Assembly (NCBI GenBank): GCA_900548185.1
Contig: URJJ01000004.1
Coordinates: 2,130-66,129 of the forward strand
From: an uncultured Opitutales bacterium
GTDB taxonomy: Bacteria > Verrucomicrobiota > Verrucomicrobiia > Opitutales > Intestinicryptomonadaceae
Direction: 5' to 3'
Length of the DNA: 64,000 nt
The notes under the pieces were generated by a model, which was given only the letters and a program-made list of their open reading frames with translations, was not told the origin of the DNA and did no database searches. Positions 27,172 through 37,067 of this stretch are shown piece after piece. Position 1 is the first letter of the stretch, and each line of letters starts with the position of its first letter. Both the position numbers and the translations under genes were made by a program.

Positions 27172-28526
27172 ACCCGGATTCGGATACGATAGCGGCGCTT
27201 TCGACCCCTCCGGGCGAGTCGGCAATAGCCGTGGTCCGGGCGAGCGGCCCCCTGTGCTCGGAAATCGCGCGCGGCGCGTTCCGTCTGGGCGCGGACCCCA
27301 GGCCCAGGTTCTCGGCGCGCGGGACGTACCGCAGCCTTTCGGGGGCGGTTTTGGACGAGGCGATGTTCGTGTTTTTCAGGGGCCCCTCCTCCTATACGGG
27401 CGAGGACATGCTCGAGGTTGGGTGCCACGGCAACCCGTTCATCGTCCAGCGCGTGCTCGAGGACATGTTCGCCAGGGGCGCGAGGGCGGCAAGCCACGGG
27501 GAATTTACGCGCAGGGCCTTTGAAAACGGGAAGCTCGACCTTTCGCAGGCGGAGGCCGTCATGCTGATGGTAGCCGCCCGCAGCGAAAAGTCGCTGGAGG
27601 CCGCCCGCAGGCAGCTCGGCGGCGAGCTTTCAAAAAGGATAAATTCGATGTGCGACGCCCTGGTGCTCGCCCTCGCCCACATCGAGGCCCACATAGACTT
27701 TTCCGAGGAGGACCTGCCGCCGGAATCCTACGATGAGCCGGTCAGGCTGCTTGAAGTGGTTGTCCGCGACGCAGCGAGGCTCGCCGAGTCGAGCCGCTAC
27801 GGGGCCGTGCTGCGCGACGGCCTCAACGTGTCCATAATAGGGGAGCCCAATGTTGGCAAATCGTCGCTTATGAACCGGCTTCTCGGGCGCGAAAGGGCAA
27901 TTGTTAGCCCCTCCGCCGGGACGACCCGCGACTTCATAGTGGAGCGCGCCTCAATAGGCGGATGCTGCGTAAACCTGGCCGACACCGCCGGGCTTAGGGA
28001 ATCTCCGGACGAGATAGAGCGCGAGGGCGTCCGCAGGGCTGTCGAAATGGCCCGCGAGGCCGACTTGAAGCTCTTTGTGGTGGATTCTTCGTCGCCTTCG
28101 GACGGGGCCGCAGTTCTGGCCCTGCCCGGCATAGACCCCGCCGACACGATAATCGTATTAAACAAGTGCGACCTCCCGCGCGCGCTCCCGGCCGGCGCGT
28201 TTTCGGGGTTTGAAACCGCGGAGGTTTCCTGCCTTGAGGATACGGGCGTCGGGCGCCTACGCGGGCTCATTTCGGACTTCATTTCAAATAGGGCGATAAC
28301 CTCGTCCTTCGACGACGTGCTTGTGAGCGCGCGCCACTCGTCCCTGGTTTCGGAGGCGCTCGCATCCGCGCGCTCCGCGCTTGAAATGATAGGGAGGGGG
28401 GCTCCGGCGGAACTCGTGTCAAGCGACGTGCGCGCCGCGCTCGAATCCCTCGGGGAAATCGTCGGGCGGGGGGACCGCGAGGAGGTTCTCGACAGAATAT
28501 TCTCGACATTCTGCATCGGGAAATGA
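27168..28526 (+). CDS. mnmE: tRNA modification GTPase MnmE (TrmE)
   Basis: G-domain motifs GEPNVGKSS, DTAG and NKCD are present, together with the C-terminal CIGK. Start at the internal Met MNPDSDTIAALST. Confidence 0.9.
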   Translation: MNPDSDTIAALSTPPGESAIAVVRASGPLCSEIARGAFRLGADPRPRFSARGTYRSLSGAVLDEAMFVFFRGPSSYTGEDMLEVGCHGNPFIVQRVLEDMFARGARAASHGEFTRRAFENGKLDLSQAEAVMLMVAARSEKSLEAARRQLGGELSKRINSMCDALVLALAHIEAHIDFSEEDLPPESYDEPVRLLEVVVRDAARLAESSRYGAVLRDGLNVSIIGEPNVGKSSLMNRLLGRERAIVSPSAGTTRDFIVERASIGGCCVNLADTAGLRESPDEIEREGVRRAVEMAREADLKLFVVDSSSPSDGAAVLALPGIDPADTIIVLNKCDLPRALPAGAFSGFETAEVSCLEDTGVGRLRGLISDFISNRAITSSFDDVLVSARHSSLVSEALASARSALEMIGRGAPAELVSSDVRAALESLGEIVGRGDREEVLDRIFSTFCIGK

Positions 28527-28559
28527 GATTTTCGGAAGATATTCTTCCCGCAGGACGCC

Positions 28560-29396
28560 ATGTGGTATTACTTTTCAGACAATAAGAGGGTCGGCCCTGT
28601 CGCCGACGCGGCAATGATGGTGCTGTATTCCAGAGGCGCGCTCTCGAAAGACTCCCCGGTTTTGCGCCGAGGCACGAAAAAATGGCAGAAATTCGGCGAC
28701 ACAAAGCTCTTCAAAAAGATGAACGAGAAGTCCGCCGACAGGATAGACGCCCTGAAGTCAAAGACCATGCTTTTCAGGGCCTTTCTCGTGTCGTTTTGCG
28801 CGCTTTTAGTTGGGACAATCCTAATCGAATACAAGCGTGCTGGGTATTTCGAGTCCGTTCTGGACAGGGGCGGCGCGGAGTCCGCCTTTCTGGAGTGCGT
28901 GGGCAGGGAATACTGGATGACGTCGATGGCGTTTTCGGCGGTTTTATTCGTGATGTTTCTGTTTGTCGCCAGATTTGCGGGCGGATGGATAATCGAGGTC
29001 GTTTCAAATACGAGGTCCCTCGACAAGGGATGCCGCCTCTCGCCGGTTTTTACCGCGTTTTCATTCCTGATACCCGTGGTGAACCTCTACTCGCCGTTCG
29101 TTGCGCTCGGGAGCGTATATAGGACTTCCAAGCGCATTTCGGGCAGGCATTTCACGGCGGTTGACGCAAACCTGTTGTTTCTGTGGTGGTTTTTCTCCAT
29201 ATTTGCCGCTGTCATGTTCATCCTTGAGAAAACCATGTTCGGCAGTTTCGGCAACATAGAGGCGGCGAAGGGGATAATAATGTTCGAGGCTTTGGCGGGG
29301 GCGTCTGTGATGGCGGCTGGCGTGTTCTGGATAATAGTTGTGTCAAAAATCTGCTTCTACCAGGCGAAGGCCATGCGCCGGGCGAACCTGCTCTGA
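28560..29396 (+). CDS. Membrane protein with N-terminal DUF4339/GYF-like domain
   Basis: N-terminus WYYFSDNKRVGPV...RGTKKWQKF resembles DUF4339. It is followed by about five hydrophobic helices. Confidence 0.55.
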   Translation: MWYYFSDNKRVGPVADAAMMVLYSRGALSKDSPVLRRGTKKWQKFGDTKLFKKMNEKSADRIDALKSKTMLFRAFLVSFCALLVGTILIEYKRAGYFESVLDRGGAESAFLECVGREYWMTSMAFSAVLFVMFLFVARFAGGWIIEVVSNTRSLDKGCRLSPVFTAFSFLIPVVNLYSPFVALGSVYRTSKRISGRHFTAVDANLLFLWWFFSIFAAVMFILEKTMFGSFGNIEAAKGIIMFEALAGASVMAAGVFWIIVVSKICFYQAKAMRRANLL

Positions 29397-29424
29397 GTCC
29401 CCCGCCGGGCGCGCGTTTTCGGCG

Positions 29425-30408
29425 TCATTTCGCCTTCTGGCGCTTTGCGCGCAGCTTTGAAAAATCCAAGTCCGCGTAAACGGGCGCGTGGTCGCTCGCC
29501 CCGCGAATTATGCCGGGGGAGCGGGACGGGCCGGAGGCTTCCAGAATCTCCGGGGTCGCCATAAAAAAGTCGAACCGGTGGCCCGAGCCGCCCTTCTTCC
29601 AAAAGTACGTTGTTGGCTCCCCGGCGCAGGGCATTACTTTCAGCCCCGCCGATTCAAGCTCAAGCACTGCGGCGTCCCCGGGCTCGTCGTTGAAATCCCC
29701 TCCTATCACCGCCTGCGCGCCATCTCCCGCCGCGCGGCGTGCAAACTTTGCGATTTCTCGGCATTCGAGAACCCTGAATTTTGAAAATTCCGGGTCGCGC
29801 TTCCTTGCGCCGAACCTGCTTTTGAGGTGAAGCGCGCCGAACACCCATTCAGTTCCCAGCGTATTGAACCTCGCCGCGAGCAGCCCGCGCGGGGAGCGGG
29901 CCTTCTGCCCGAAATATTCAAACGCCCCCGTGCCGGCCCTTTCGACGCGCTCGAACGGGATTTTGGATAGTATGGCGCACTGGGGATATTCCGGCGAGTC
30001 GTCCGACACCGCCTTGTACGGGTAGTCCAGCCCGGCTTCCCCAAGCATTTCCGCAAATTCGAGTAGGGCGGGGCGGCCTCCGATTTCGCTAAGTCCCAGA
30101 ACGTCGGGGTTTATCCCGGAGAGAACCCTTATGATTTCAGCCTTCTCGCTTTCCGGCTTCGGGCCCTTTGTCCTGACGCCGTCCTTGAACCTGTATGTGT
30201 CGAGGTACGACTTCACGTTCCATACGCAGACCCTTACCGCCCCGGAAGCGCCTTGCGCCGCCCGTGCCGGTGCGGGCGTTTCAGCCTCCGGCTCCGGGCT
30301 GCGGATTCCCGGGAAAGCCCCCAGCACGAGGGCGCACAAAAAAAACGCCACGGCCCACATGAGGGCCAGGGCGGAATTTTTCACGATCCTTCGCGCGCCG
30401 GGCTTCAC
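29425..30408 (-). CDS. Secreted endonuclease/exonuclease/phosphatase (EEP) family protein
   Basis: Signal peptide. EEP motifs VCVWNV and GDFN are present, together with the C-terminal SDHAPV. Confidence 0.8.
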   Translation of the reverse strand: MKPGARRIVKNSALALMWAVAFFLCALVLGAFPGIRSPEPEAETPAPARAAQGASGAVRVCVWNVKSYLDTYRFKDGVRTKGPKPESEKAEIIRVLSGINPDVLGLSEIGGRPALLEFAEMLGEAGLDYPYKAVSDDSPEYPQCAILSKIPFERVERAGTGAFEYFGQKARSPRGLLAARFNTLGTEWVFGALHLKSRFGARKRDPEFSKFRVLECREIAKFARRAAGDGAQAVIGGDFNDEPGDAAVLELESAGLKVMPCAGEPTTYFWKKGGSGHRFDFFMATPEILEASGPSRSPGIIRGASDHAPVYADLDFSKLRAKRQKAK

Positions 30409-31022
30409 GGCTGGAACGGGGATTTCTCCCTCCTGCCTGTGGCGATTTTTTCCACGTATTTTGCGAGGAGGTCGAATTCCAGGTTGACCTTTGAGCCGGC
30501 CTTTGCCTGCGAGAGGTTTGTGACTTCAAGCGTGTGCGGTATCAGCCAGACTGCGAGGGAGTCGGGATGGGCTTCGGCTATGGTGAGGGAAATCCCGTCG
30601 ATTGCTATCGACCCCTTGTAGACGCAGTAGGGGGAAAACTCCTGGGGGACTGCCGCGCGCAGGTAGAAGTTCTTTCCGCGCCTCTCAAATTCGAGGATTT
30701 CGGAGCGCGCGTCTATATGCCCCGACACAAAGTGGCCGCCGAGCCGGGCGCCTGCCTGGAGCGGGCGTTCGAGGTTGACCTTCGCCCCCTCCGGCATCCC
30801 CTCGAAATTCGTGAGGCGCAGCGTTTCCTCCAGAAGCTCGAAGGAGAGCGAGCCCTCGCCCTTTTCGACTACCGTCAGGCAGCACCCGTTGCATGCCAGC
30901 GAGTCGCCTATGGAAAGGGACGACGCCATGTCTGCGGGGACCGCAAGCTTCAGCCTCCACGCTTTTTCCCTGTTTTCAAGCGACAGCACAGTCCCGGTAG
31001 ATTCCACTATTCCTGTAAACAT
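30405..31022 (-). CDS. ribE: Riboflavin synthase alpha chain
   Basis: MFTGIVE N-terminus and duplicated lumazine-binding repeats (GDSLACNGCCLTV / GSIAIDGISLTI). Start at the internal Met. Confidence 0.85.
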   Translation of the reverse strand: MFTGIVESTGTVLSLENREKAWRLKLAVPADMASSLSIGDSLACNGCCLTVVEKGEGSLSFELLEETLRLTNFEGMPEGAKVNLERPLQAGARLGGHFVSGHIDARSEILEFERRGKNFYLRAAVPQEFSPYCVYKGSIAIDGISLTIAEAHPDSLAVWLIPHTLEVTNLSQAKAGSKVNLEFDLLAKYVEKIATGRREKSPFQP

Positions 31023-31116
31023 GCATTTGAATCTACGCCCGCCCGCCCCGCTTTCAACAATATTTTGCGCGTTTAAATGTCTTGAAAAAGGCGGCGGGGG
31101 CGCCTTTATTCGGCTT

Positions 31117-31470
31117 ATGAAAAATTCCAAGGCGTCCCGCCGCGCGTTCTCGATTCTTGAACCCGTAATAATTATAGCGATACTCGGCCTCGCGGCGGCG
31201 CTTCTTGTGCCGTCGGCCCTCTACATCCGCACTTCCGCGCGGACGAAGGCCATCGAGACGCAGCTTTTGGACTTTGCGCGCAAGGCAAAGGGGCACATGG
31301 AGACAACCGGCCTGCGAAGGGCGTCGTACGGGTCGCTCGTCTCAGACGGCGGCATGAAGCCCCTGGTTTCATTCATGGGTGAAAGCTACGACGGCATCGA
31401 AATAGACTCCGGCGGCGGAACGCTCAAGGTGGAAATTCCCGGAGGCTCCGTGGTCTCTGTCGAGTATTGA
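31117..31470 (+). CDS. Prepilin-type N-terminal domain protein (pseudopilin-like), 117 aa
   Basis: The N-terminus KASRRAFSILEPVIIIAILGLAAALLVP resembles a type IV pilin / T2SS pseudopilin leader plus hydrophobic helix. The canonical G-F and E5 positions are degenerate. Confidence 0.45.
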   Translation: MKNSKASRRAFSILEPVIIIAILGLAAALLVPSALYIRTSARTKAIETQLLDFARKAKGHMETTGLRRASYGSLVSDGGMKPLVSFMGESYDGIEIDSGGGTLKVEIPGGSVVSVEY

Positions 31471-31543
31471 GCGGCGTTTTCCGGGGCGGGGTTCCCCGCG
31501 CGTCCGGCGTGCGGTTTTTGCGTTTCAGGCCGGCGCGCATAGC

Positions 31544-31580
31544 AAAGCCCCCGGGATTTTTTTTCCGGGGGCTTTTCCGC
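31544..31580. terminator. Bidirectional intrinsic terminator
   Basis: agcccccggga-ttttttt-tcccgggggct followed by tttcc. It lies between the convergent pilin-like gene (plus strand) and argA (minus strand). Confidence 0.65.
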
Positions 31581-31616
31581 TTTTATGCCGGCGCGGCGCG
31601 GGATGCGAGGCGCGGG

Positions 31617-32927
31617 CTACTTTGAAATGTCGAGCCTGAAAACTTTTGAATTGCGCTTTGAAGCCTCGTACTTTTCGCGCCTTTTCCGGGGCAGGGCGGA
31701 CGGCGGGACTTCCGCAAATCCGCATACGTCCTTGAAAAACGGCGCGCTTTTTGTGGAGAGGGCAAACAGCGCCGCAAACCCCTCCTCCCGCGCCTTCTTC
31801 ACCACGTATTCGACCATCGTGGTGCCGACGTTGTGCCCCTGGTAGAACGGCTGGACGTGCAGCGACGCAAGCTCGGCCGCGCCCTCTCCGATGTCAAGCA
31901 GGCTGACGAAGGCAATGATGCTCCCGTCCATCTCGTACACGTAGTAGGTGGAAATCTTTTCGGCAATCTCTTCGGGGGAGCGCTGGACGAGGTTCTGCTC
32001 GCGGGTTGAGTTGAGCGACAGGTTGTAGATTGTCTTTGCGTCCGAATCCTCGGCGCGGCGGATTTTCTGGTATTCGTCCGCGTATATCATCGAGCCGGAG
32101 CCGACCTTTTCAAAGACTTCCGTAAGGAGCGCCGCAAACTCGCGCCCGTCCAGAATGTGGGCGCGCGGCGTGCGCCCGCTTGAAAGCGCCTTCACAGCAT
32201 ATTTCACCTTGTCGAAAACGCGCGAATCTATCGCGTCCCTGCGCTTTTCAACGGCCTCCTGAACCTCGTCGAGGGGGATGGATACGGCCCTCTCGTCCCC
32301 CACGGCGAGCCCCTTTGTAACAGTCATATATATGAGCTTTGAGGCTCCGAGGGCGCAGGCGGTGTCGGCCGCAAGCATGTCGGAGTTTAGCCTGAACGCG
32401 CGGCCCTTCCTGTCGACTGCGATGGGCGATATTACGGGTATTATGCCGAGGGCGAGAAGCTGGGAGAGGGTGTCGGAATCAATTTTTTCGATGCGCCCGG
32501 CGTTTTGATAGTCCACGCCGGATATTATGCCGACTTCCGTGGCGCGTATCGCGTTTGTGGAGGCGCAACGCATGTCGAGGACTGCGAACGCCTCCTGGAT
32601 TTTCTGGAGCACTCCGGCGGAGGCTTCCCGCGCCAGGGCGAGCGTCGGGCCGTCCACGGGCCGGTTCCCGTAGGCGTCCGAAATTTCGACGCCCGAGGAC
32701 CGGGCAAGCTCCTTTATCTGCTTGCCTATCCCGTGGACTATGACGACGCTTATGCCGAGGCTGCGCAGCACCGCGATGTCGGTCGCCAGATTTGAGAAGT
32801 TTTCGCAGTCGATGACGCTGCCGTCTATCGACACCACGAATGTCTGGCCGCGGTAAAGCGGAACGTACTCGAGTATCGACCTCAAGTCCGCGGCCTTCAT
32901 CTTGCGGCTTTCGCGCCCGTCGGGCAT
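31617..32927 (-). CDS. argA: Amino-acid N-acetyltransferase (N-acetylglutamate synthase; AAK + GNAT domains)
   Basis: The N-terminal amino-acid kinase fold (FVVSIDGSV...VVIVHGIG) is followed by a C-terminal GNAT acetyl-CoA motif (QGHNVGTTMVEY...). Confidence 0.8.
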   Translation of the reverse strand: MPDGRESRKMKAADLRSILEYVPLYRGQTFVVSIDGSVIDCENFSNLATDIAVLRSLGISVVIVHGIGKQIKELARSSGVEISDAYGNRPVDGPTLALAREASAGVLQKIQEAFAVLDMRCASTNAIRATEVGIISGVDYQNAGRIEKIDSDTLSQLLALGIIPVISPIAVDRKGRAFRLNSDMLAADTACALGASKLIYMTVTKGLAVGDERAVSIPLDEVQEAVEKRRDAIDSRVFDKVKYAVKALSSGRTPRAHILDGREFAALLTEVFEKVGSGSMIYADEYQKIRRAEDSDAKTIYNLSLNSTREQNLVQRSPEEIAEKISTYYVYEMDGSIIAFVSLLDIGEGAAELASLHVQPFYQGHNVGTTMVEYVVKKAREEGFAALFALSTKSAPFFKDVCGFAEVPPSALPRKRREKYEASKRNSKVFRLDISK

Positions 32928-32940
32928 GGCGTTTCCCGGC

Positions 32941-33498
32941 CTATGCGCGGCTGACGTACGAACCGTCTTCCGTGCGGATTTTGAGGGTGTCGCCCGTCTT
33001 TATGAAAAGGGGCACCCTTACGACCACGCCGTTTTCGAGGGTGACCGGCTTTGTCGGGGCCGAGGAGGTGTCGCCCCTCAGCCCTTCGCTGGCCTCGGCG
33101 ACCTTGATTGTGATGCTGGAGGGAAGGTCGAGCGATACGGGCTCGTCGTTTACGAATAAAATAGTGTATTCATGGCCTTCCACGAGCCACTTTTTGTCGT
33201 CGCCCAGCAGGTTTTCCTGGATGGCGTAGTCCTCGAAGGTCTCGGGGTGTATGAAGTGGTATATGTCGCCGTCGACATAGGAGAATTCGAGGCTCTTGTT
33301 CGTCGTGTGGCAGAATTCGACGGAGTCCGTGGAGCGGAACTTGACGGTCGTCGAGGAGCCGTTTACGAGGTTTCTTAGCACGGTCTGCACGAAGCCCGCG
33401 CCCCGGCCCTGGGTGCTGTGGAGCATGCTCAGGCACACGTGCGGGGCGTTGTTGTACATTATGACGTTGTTTTTTCTGATGTCTGTGGGATTTGCCAT
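32941..33498 (-). CDS. efp: Elongation factor P
   Basis: 185 aa. KPGKG-region equivalent and strong overall EF-P similarity (NNVIMYNNAPHV...). Confidence 0.9.
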   Translation of the reverse strand: MANPTDIRKNNVIMYNNAPHVCLSMLHSTQGRGAGFVQTVLRNLVNGSSTTVKFRSTDSVEFCHTTNKSLEFSYVDGDIYHFIHPETFEDYAIQENLLGDDKKWLVEGHEYTILFVNDEPVSLDLPSSITIKVAEASEGLRGDTSSAPTKPVTLENGVVVRVPLFIKTGDTLKIRTEDGSYVSRA

Positions 33499-33552
33499 GT
33501 TGTAATCGCGTTTTGTGATTGAAAATTCCGTCCGCAGGGCGGGAGGGCCGGT

Positions 33553-34620
33553 TCAGACCCAGTCGGCGCCGCCCCTCCAGTAAAGGGATTTTGCAAGCTC
33601 CTTGGGGAAGAAGGGGCCGTTGAAAATGAAAGACGAATATATCTGCACCAGCGCGGCGCCGGCGTCGAGCATTCTGGCGGCGCACTCGCAGTCGTGTATG
33701 CCGCCGACGCCTATCACGGGGATTTTTCCGCCGGACTGAAGGTACACATAGTTCACTATTTCGAGGCTTTTTTCAAAGAGCGGCTTCCCGCTCAGCCCGC
33801 CCTTCTTTTCCATGAAGTCCATGTTTTCCGGGCGCGTGACGGTAGTGTTTGTTGCCACGATGCCGTCGAAGCCTAGTCCGGAGACTATTTCTAAAATGGC
33901 GTCGATTTCGCGGAACGAGAGGTCCGGGGCTATTTTCAAAAGAAGCGGAACCCTTCCCGCGCCGAACTTGGAGGCCCTCTCGGCGTCGGCGTCCTTCACT
34001 GCCTTCAGGAGTTCTGGGAGGTACTGCGCCCCCTGGAGCTTGCGCAGTTCCGGCGTGTTCGGGCTGCTTACGTTTATGACGAAGAAGTCGGCGTAGGGGG
34101 CCAGGGCGTTGTAGGAGAATATGTAGTCTTCGGCGGCCTCCTCAAGCGGGGTCACCTTGGACTTTCCTATGTTGATGCCTATCGGTATCTTTTTGGATTT
34201 TTTGTCGTAGTGCCGGGCTATGCGCGCGGCCACGGCTTCGGCGCCGTCGTTTGGAAAGCCGAAGGAATTTACCAGCGCCTCCTCTGCCGGGTATCTGAAT
34301 ACGCGCGGCTTCGGGTTGCCGGACTGCTTGTGCTTTGAAATGGTTCCTATTTCGAGGTGGCCGAAGCCGAATGCGGCCGCCGCGCGCCATGCGTAGGCGT
34401 CCTTGTCGAAGCCTGCCGCCAGCCCCACCTTGTTGGGGAAGGATATGCCGAAGACTTCGGTGGGCTTTTCGTCCCTCACGAGGTTCATTTTTTCCATGGC
34501 GGCGCGCAGCGGGGCGAAGGCCCCCACAAACTGCATGGCCTTCACCGCCAGATTGTGGACATTTTCGGGATCCTGCTTGAAAAATATCGGTCGTATAATC
34601 TTTTCGTAGATAGCGTCCAT
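33553..34620 (-). CDS. pyrD: Dihydroorotate dehydrogenase (quinone), class 2
   Basis: N-terminal membrane-association extension. Motifs GFGHLEIGT, NSFGFPNDG and INVSSPNTPELR are present. Confidence 0.9.
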   Translation of the reverse strand: MDAIYEKIIRPIFFKQDPENVHNLAVKAMQFVGAFAPLRAAMEKMNLVRDEKPTEVFGISFPNKVGLAAGFDKDAYAWRAAAAFGFGHLEIGTISKHKQSGNPKPRVFRYPAEEALVNSFGFPNDGAEAVAARIARHYDKKSKKIPIGINIGKSKVTPLEEAAEDYIFSYNALAPYADFFVINVSSPNTPELRKLQGAQYLPELLKAVKDADAERASKFGAGRVPLLLKIAPDLSFREIDAILEIVSGLGFDGIVATNTTVTRPENMDFMEKKGGLSGKPLFEKSLEIVNYVYLQSGGKIPVIGVGGIHDCECAARMLDAGAALVQIYSSFIFNGPFFPKELAKSLYWRGGADWV

Positions 34621-34832
34621 CTCGATTTTTTGTAAAACGGATTACATTTATGGGGCAAGGGCGGCTTCCTTTCAACTTTAATCTGACGTATTTTTGCCGC
34701 AGGCGCCGCGCCGCGAATAATTTTTTTGGCGCCAGATTTTTCTTCCAATGCGCCCTTGCGTGGTGTACCTTGTCCTGCCAAAAAACTGGGGGACTCCCCC
34801 CGGAAAACAGCGGATTCCAAGCAAGGCAGAAA

Positions 34833-35645
34833 ATGGCGAACATACATCCGACAGCCGTCGTTGAAGGCGGCGCAGAAATATCAGAAAGCGCCAGCGTCGG
34901 CGCGTACGCGGTCATAGACTCCGGGGTCAGGGTCGGGGCGGGCGCGGTAATCGAGCCGCACGCGCGGCTGTGCTCCGGCGCGGTGATTGGCGAAAACTGC
35001 CGCATCTGCGGCTTTTGCACGATAGCCGGCCTCCCGCAGGACCTGCATTTCGACCCGTCGGTGCAAAGCTTCGCCGTAATCGGCGCGCGCACCGTTGTCC
35101 GCGAGGGCTCGACCGTCCACCGCGCGACCGCTTCCGGCGGGGCAACGAGGATTGGCGAAGACTGCTATATAATGGCAAACGCCCACATCGGCCACGACGT
35201 TTCCATCGGCAGCCGCGTAATTTACGCCCCGTTTGCCGCAGCCGGCGGATTCGCGGAAGTCGGGGACGACACGTTCGTAAGCGGCGGGGTGATGATTCAC
35301 CAGAAGGTGCGCGTCGGCCGCGGCGTGATGATGAGCGGAAATTCCGCCGTCAGCAAGGACGTCCCCCCCTACGTCAACGCCTTCGGCCGCAATGGAATGG
35401 CAGGCTTCAACCTTGTGGGCCTCGTCCGCCGCAAGACGCCGCGCGAATCCATCCGCAACCTGAAGGAGCTGTACTCCTTCGTATATTCTTCCGGCTCGCC
35501 GCGCAAGAGGGCGCTGGAGGCCGCGGCCGCCGGTATGGCGCACACTCCGGAAGGGGAGGCGTTTCTGGACTTTTTCGTTTCGGCCCCGGAGGGGAGGCAC
35601 TTTTTGTGCCCGCCAAAGAAGCCCGCAAAAGAGGACGGAATGTGA
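34833..35645 (+). CDS. lpxA: Acyl-ACP--UDP-N-acetylglucosamine O-acyltransferase
   Basis: N-terminus MANIHPTAVVEGGAEI and left-handed beta-helix hexapeptide repeats throughout. About 270 aa. Confidence 0.9.
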   Translation: MANIHPTAVVEGGAEISESASVGAYAVIDSGVRVGAGAVIEPHARLCSGAVIGENCRICGFCTIAGLPQDLHFDPSVQSFAVIGARTVVREGSTVHRATASGGATRIGEDCYIMANAHIGHDVSIGSRVIYAPFAAAGGFAEVGDDTFVSGGVMIHQKVRVGRGVMMSGNSAVSKDVPPYVNAFGRNGMAGFNLVGLVRRKTPRESIRNLKELYSFVYSSGSPRKRALEAAAAGMAHTPEGEAFLDFFVSAPEGRHFLCPPKKPAKEDGM

Positions 35646-36547
35646 AAAAGATTGCCTTGACAGTCGGCGACCCTTGCGGCGTGGGGCCGGAAATCATACG
35701 CTCGTGGATTGCAGAAAATCCGGCCGCCGCGCGTGCAGCGGAGGTTTTGGGGCACGCCGAATTTCTCGAAACGCTCCCCGGATTTGTGTCCGTGCGGGAG
35801 ATTCCGGCCGCCGGGCGGTTTGAGCCGGGAAGGCCCTCCGCCGGGGGGGCGGCGCTCGCGCTGGGAGCCTTGGAGGCCGCAGCCGAAGGGTGCAAGGACG
35901 GGCTGTACTCGGCGGTGGTCACGGGGCCCGTGAGCAAGATATGGATGGCGGAAGTCATGCCGGATTTTGTAGGGCAGACGGAATTTTTCCAGTCGCGCTG
36001 GGGCGGGGAGCCTGTGATGTGCTTTGCGGGGGCGCGCATGATTGTCGCCCTCGCGACATGGCATATCGCGCTGCGGGACGTCCCCGGCGCCCTGACGCGC
36101 GAAAAGATAGCCCGCGCCGTGGAATGCGCCGCTGAGCTTGCGTCGAAAATGCGCGGCGCGCCCGAGCCTAAAATCGCCGTCTGCGGTCTGAACCCGCACG
36201 CGGGGGAGGGCGGAATCCTGGGGCGCGAGGAGATTGACCTCATAGACCCGCTGCTTTGCGAGATGTCGCAGGCGTTCCCCGGGCTTTCCCGGGCCCTCCC
36301 TCCCGACACGGTTTTCAACAGGCTTTTAAAGGGGGAGTTTGACGCGGCCGTTGCGATGTACCACGACCAGGGGCTCGGCCCGCTAAAAAGCGTAGAATTC
36401 GACAGGGCTGTCAACATTTCCATGGGGCTTCCCTTCGTGCGCACGTCGCCCGACCACGGCACGGCCTTTGGAATCGCGGGCTCCGGCAAGGCGTCCCACG
36501 AAAGCTTCGGCGCGGCGGTGGAGGCGGCCCGCATCCTTGCCGGGTGA
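35642..36547 (+). CDS. pdxA: 4-hydroxythreonine-4-phosphate dehydrogenase family (PdxA)
   Basis: A GTG start overlaps the lpxA stop (GTGA). Motifs IALTVGDPCGVGPEI, AVVTGPVSK and MYHDQGL match the PdxA/PdxA2 family. Confidence 0.8.
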   Translation: MKKIALTVGDPCGVGPEIIRSWIAENPAAARAAEVLGHAEFLETLPGFVSVREIPAAGRFEPGRPSAGGAALALGALEAAAEGCKDGLYSAVVTGPVSKIWMAEVMPDFVGQTEFFQSRWGGEPVMCFAGARMIVALATWHIALRDVPGALTREKIARAVECAAELASKMRGAPEPKIAVCGLNPHAGEGGILGREEIDLIDPLLCEMSQAFPGLSRALPPDTVFNRLLKGEFDAAVAMYHDQGLGPLKSVEFDRAVNISMGLPFVRTSPDHGTAFGIAGSGKASHESFGAAVEAARILAG

Positions 36548-36940
36548 CGCGCCCGAATCCGGCGGGGCATGGCTTTCCCATATAGAGGCCCCGGCTGGAT
36601 TGCTCATCTTTTTCCGGGCTGCGTACGGGAGCGTTTCCGATTCCGCCGCCCCCGACCGCATTGCGGCTTCCCGCATAGAGGCGCTTCGGGGCTGCGCAGT
36701 CGATTTTACTTTTCATGCGTGCGCGCGGCTGGGATGTGCTTTGCGCATGGAAAGATGCAAGTTGCGGATTTTCGGCGCGGCGTTTTGCATTCCAGATGCC
36801 GCAGGGCTATCGGTGCGGAAGTGCGCGGGATTTCATTTGCCCCGGCCTTTATCGGAATGCGCGCCCGGGTGCGCGGCAGGATGCCTCAAAAGTTTCCGCG
36901 CCCAGCTCTGCATGAATCCCGCGCCATTTGCCGGGAGCAT

Positions 36941-36977
36941 AAAAAATCCGTCCAAATCTGGAATCTGGACGGATTTT
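36941..36977 (-). terminator. Intrinsic terminator following tRNA-Cys (minus strand)
   Basis: On the minus strand aaaatccgtcca-gattccagatt-tggacggatttttt lies about 20 nt after the tRNA 3' end. Confidence 0.7.
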
Positions 36978-36996
36978 CACAAACAATAAAAAAAGA

Positions 36997-37067
36997 GGCG
37001 TGGGTCGGAATTGAACCGACGCATAAGGCTTTTGCAGAGCCTCGCCTTACCACTTGGCTACCACGCC
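36997..37067 (-). tRNA. tRNA-Cys (anticodon GCA)
   Basis: The reverse complement folds as a cloverleaf. Acceptor GGCGTGG/CCACGCC; D-arm GCC-AAGTGGTAA-GGC; anticodon stem AGGCT/AGCCT with loop CTGCAAA; T-arm GTCGG-TTCAATT-CCGAC. CCA is not encoded. Confidence 0.85.
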
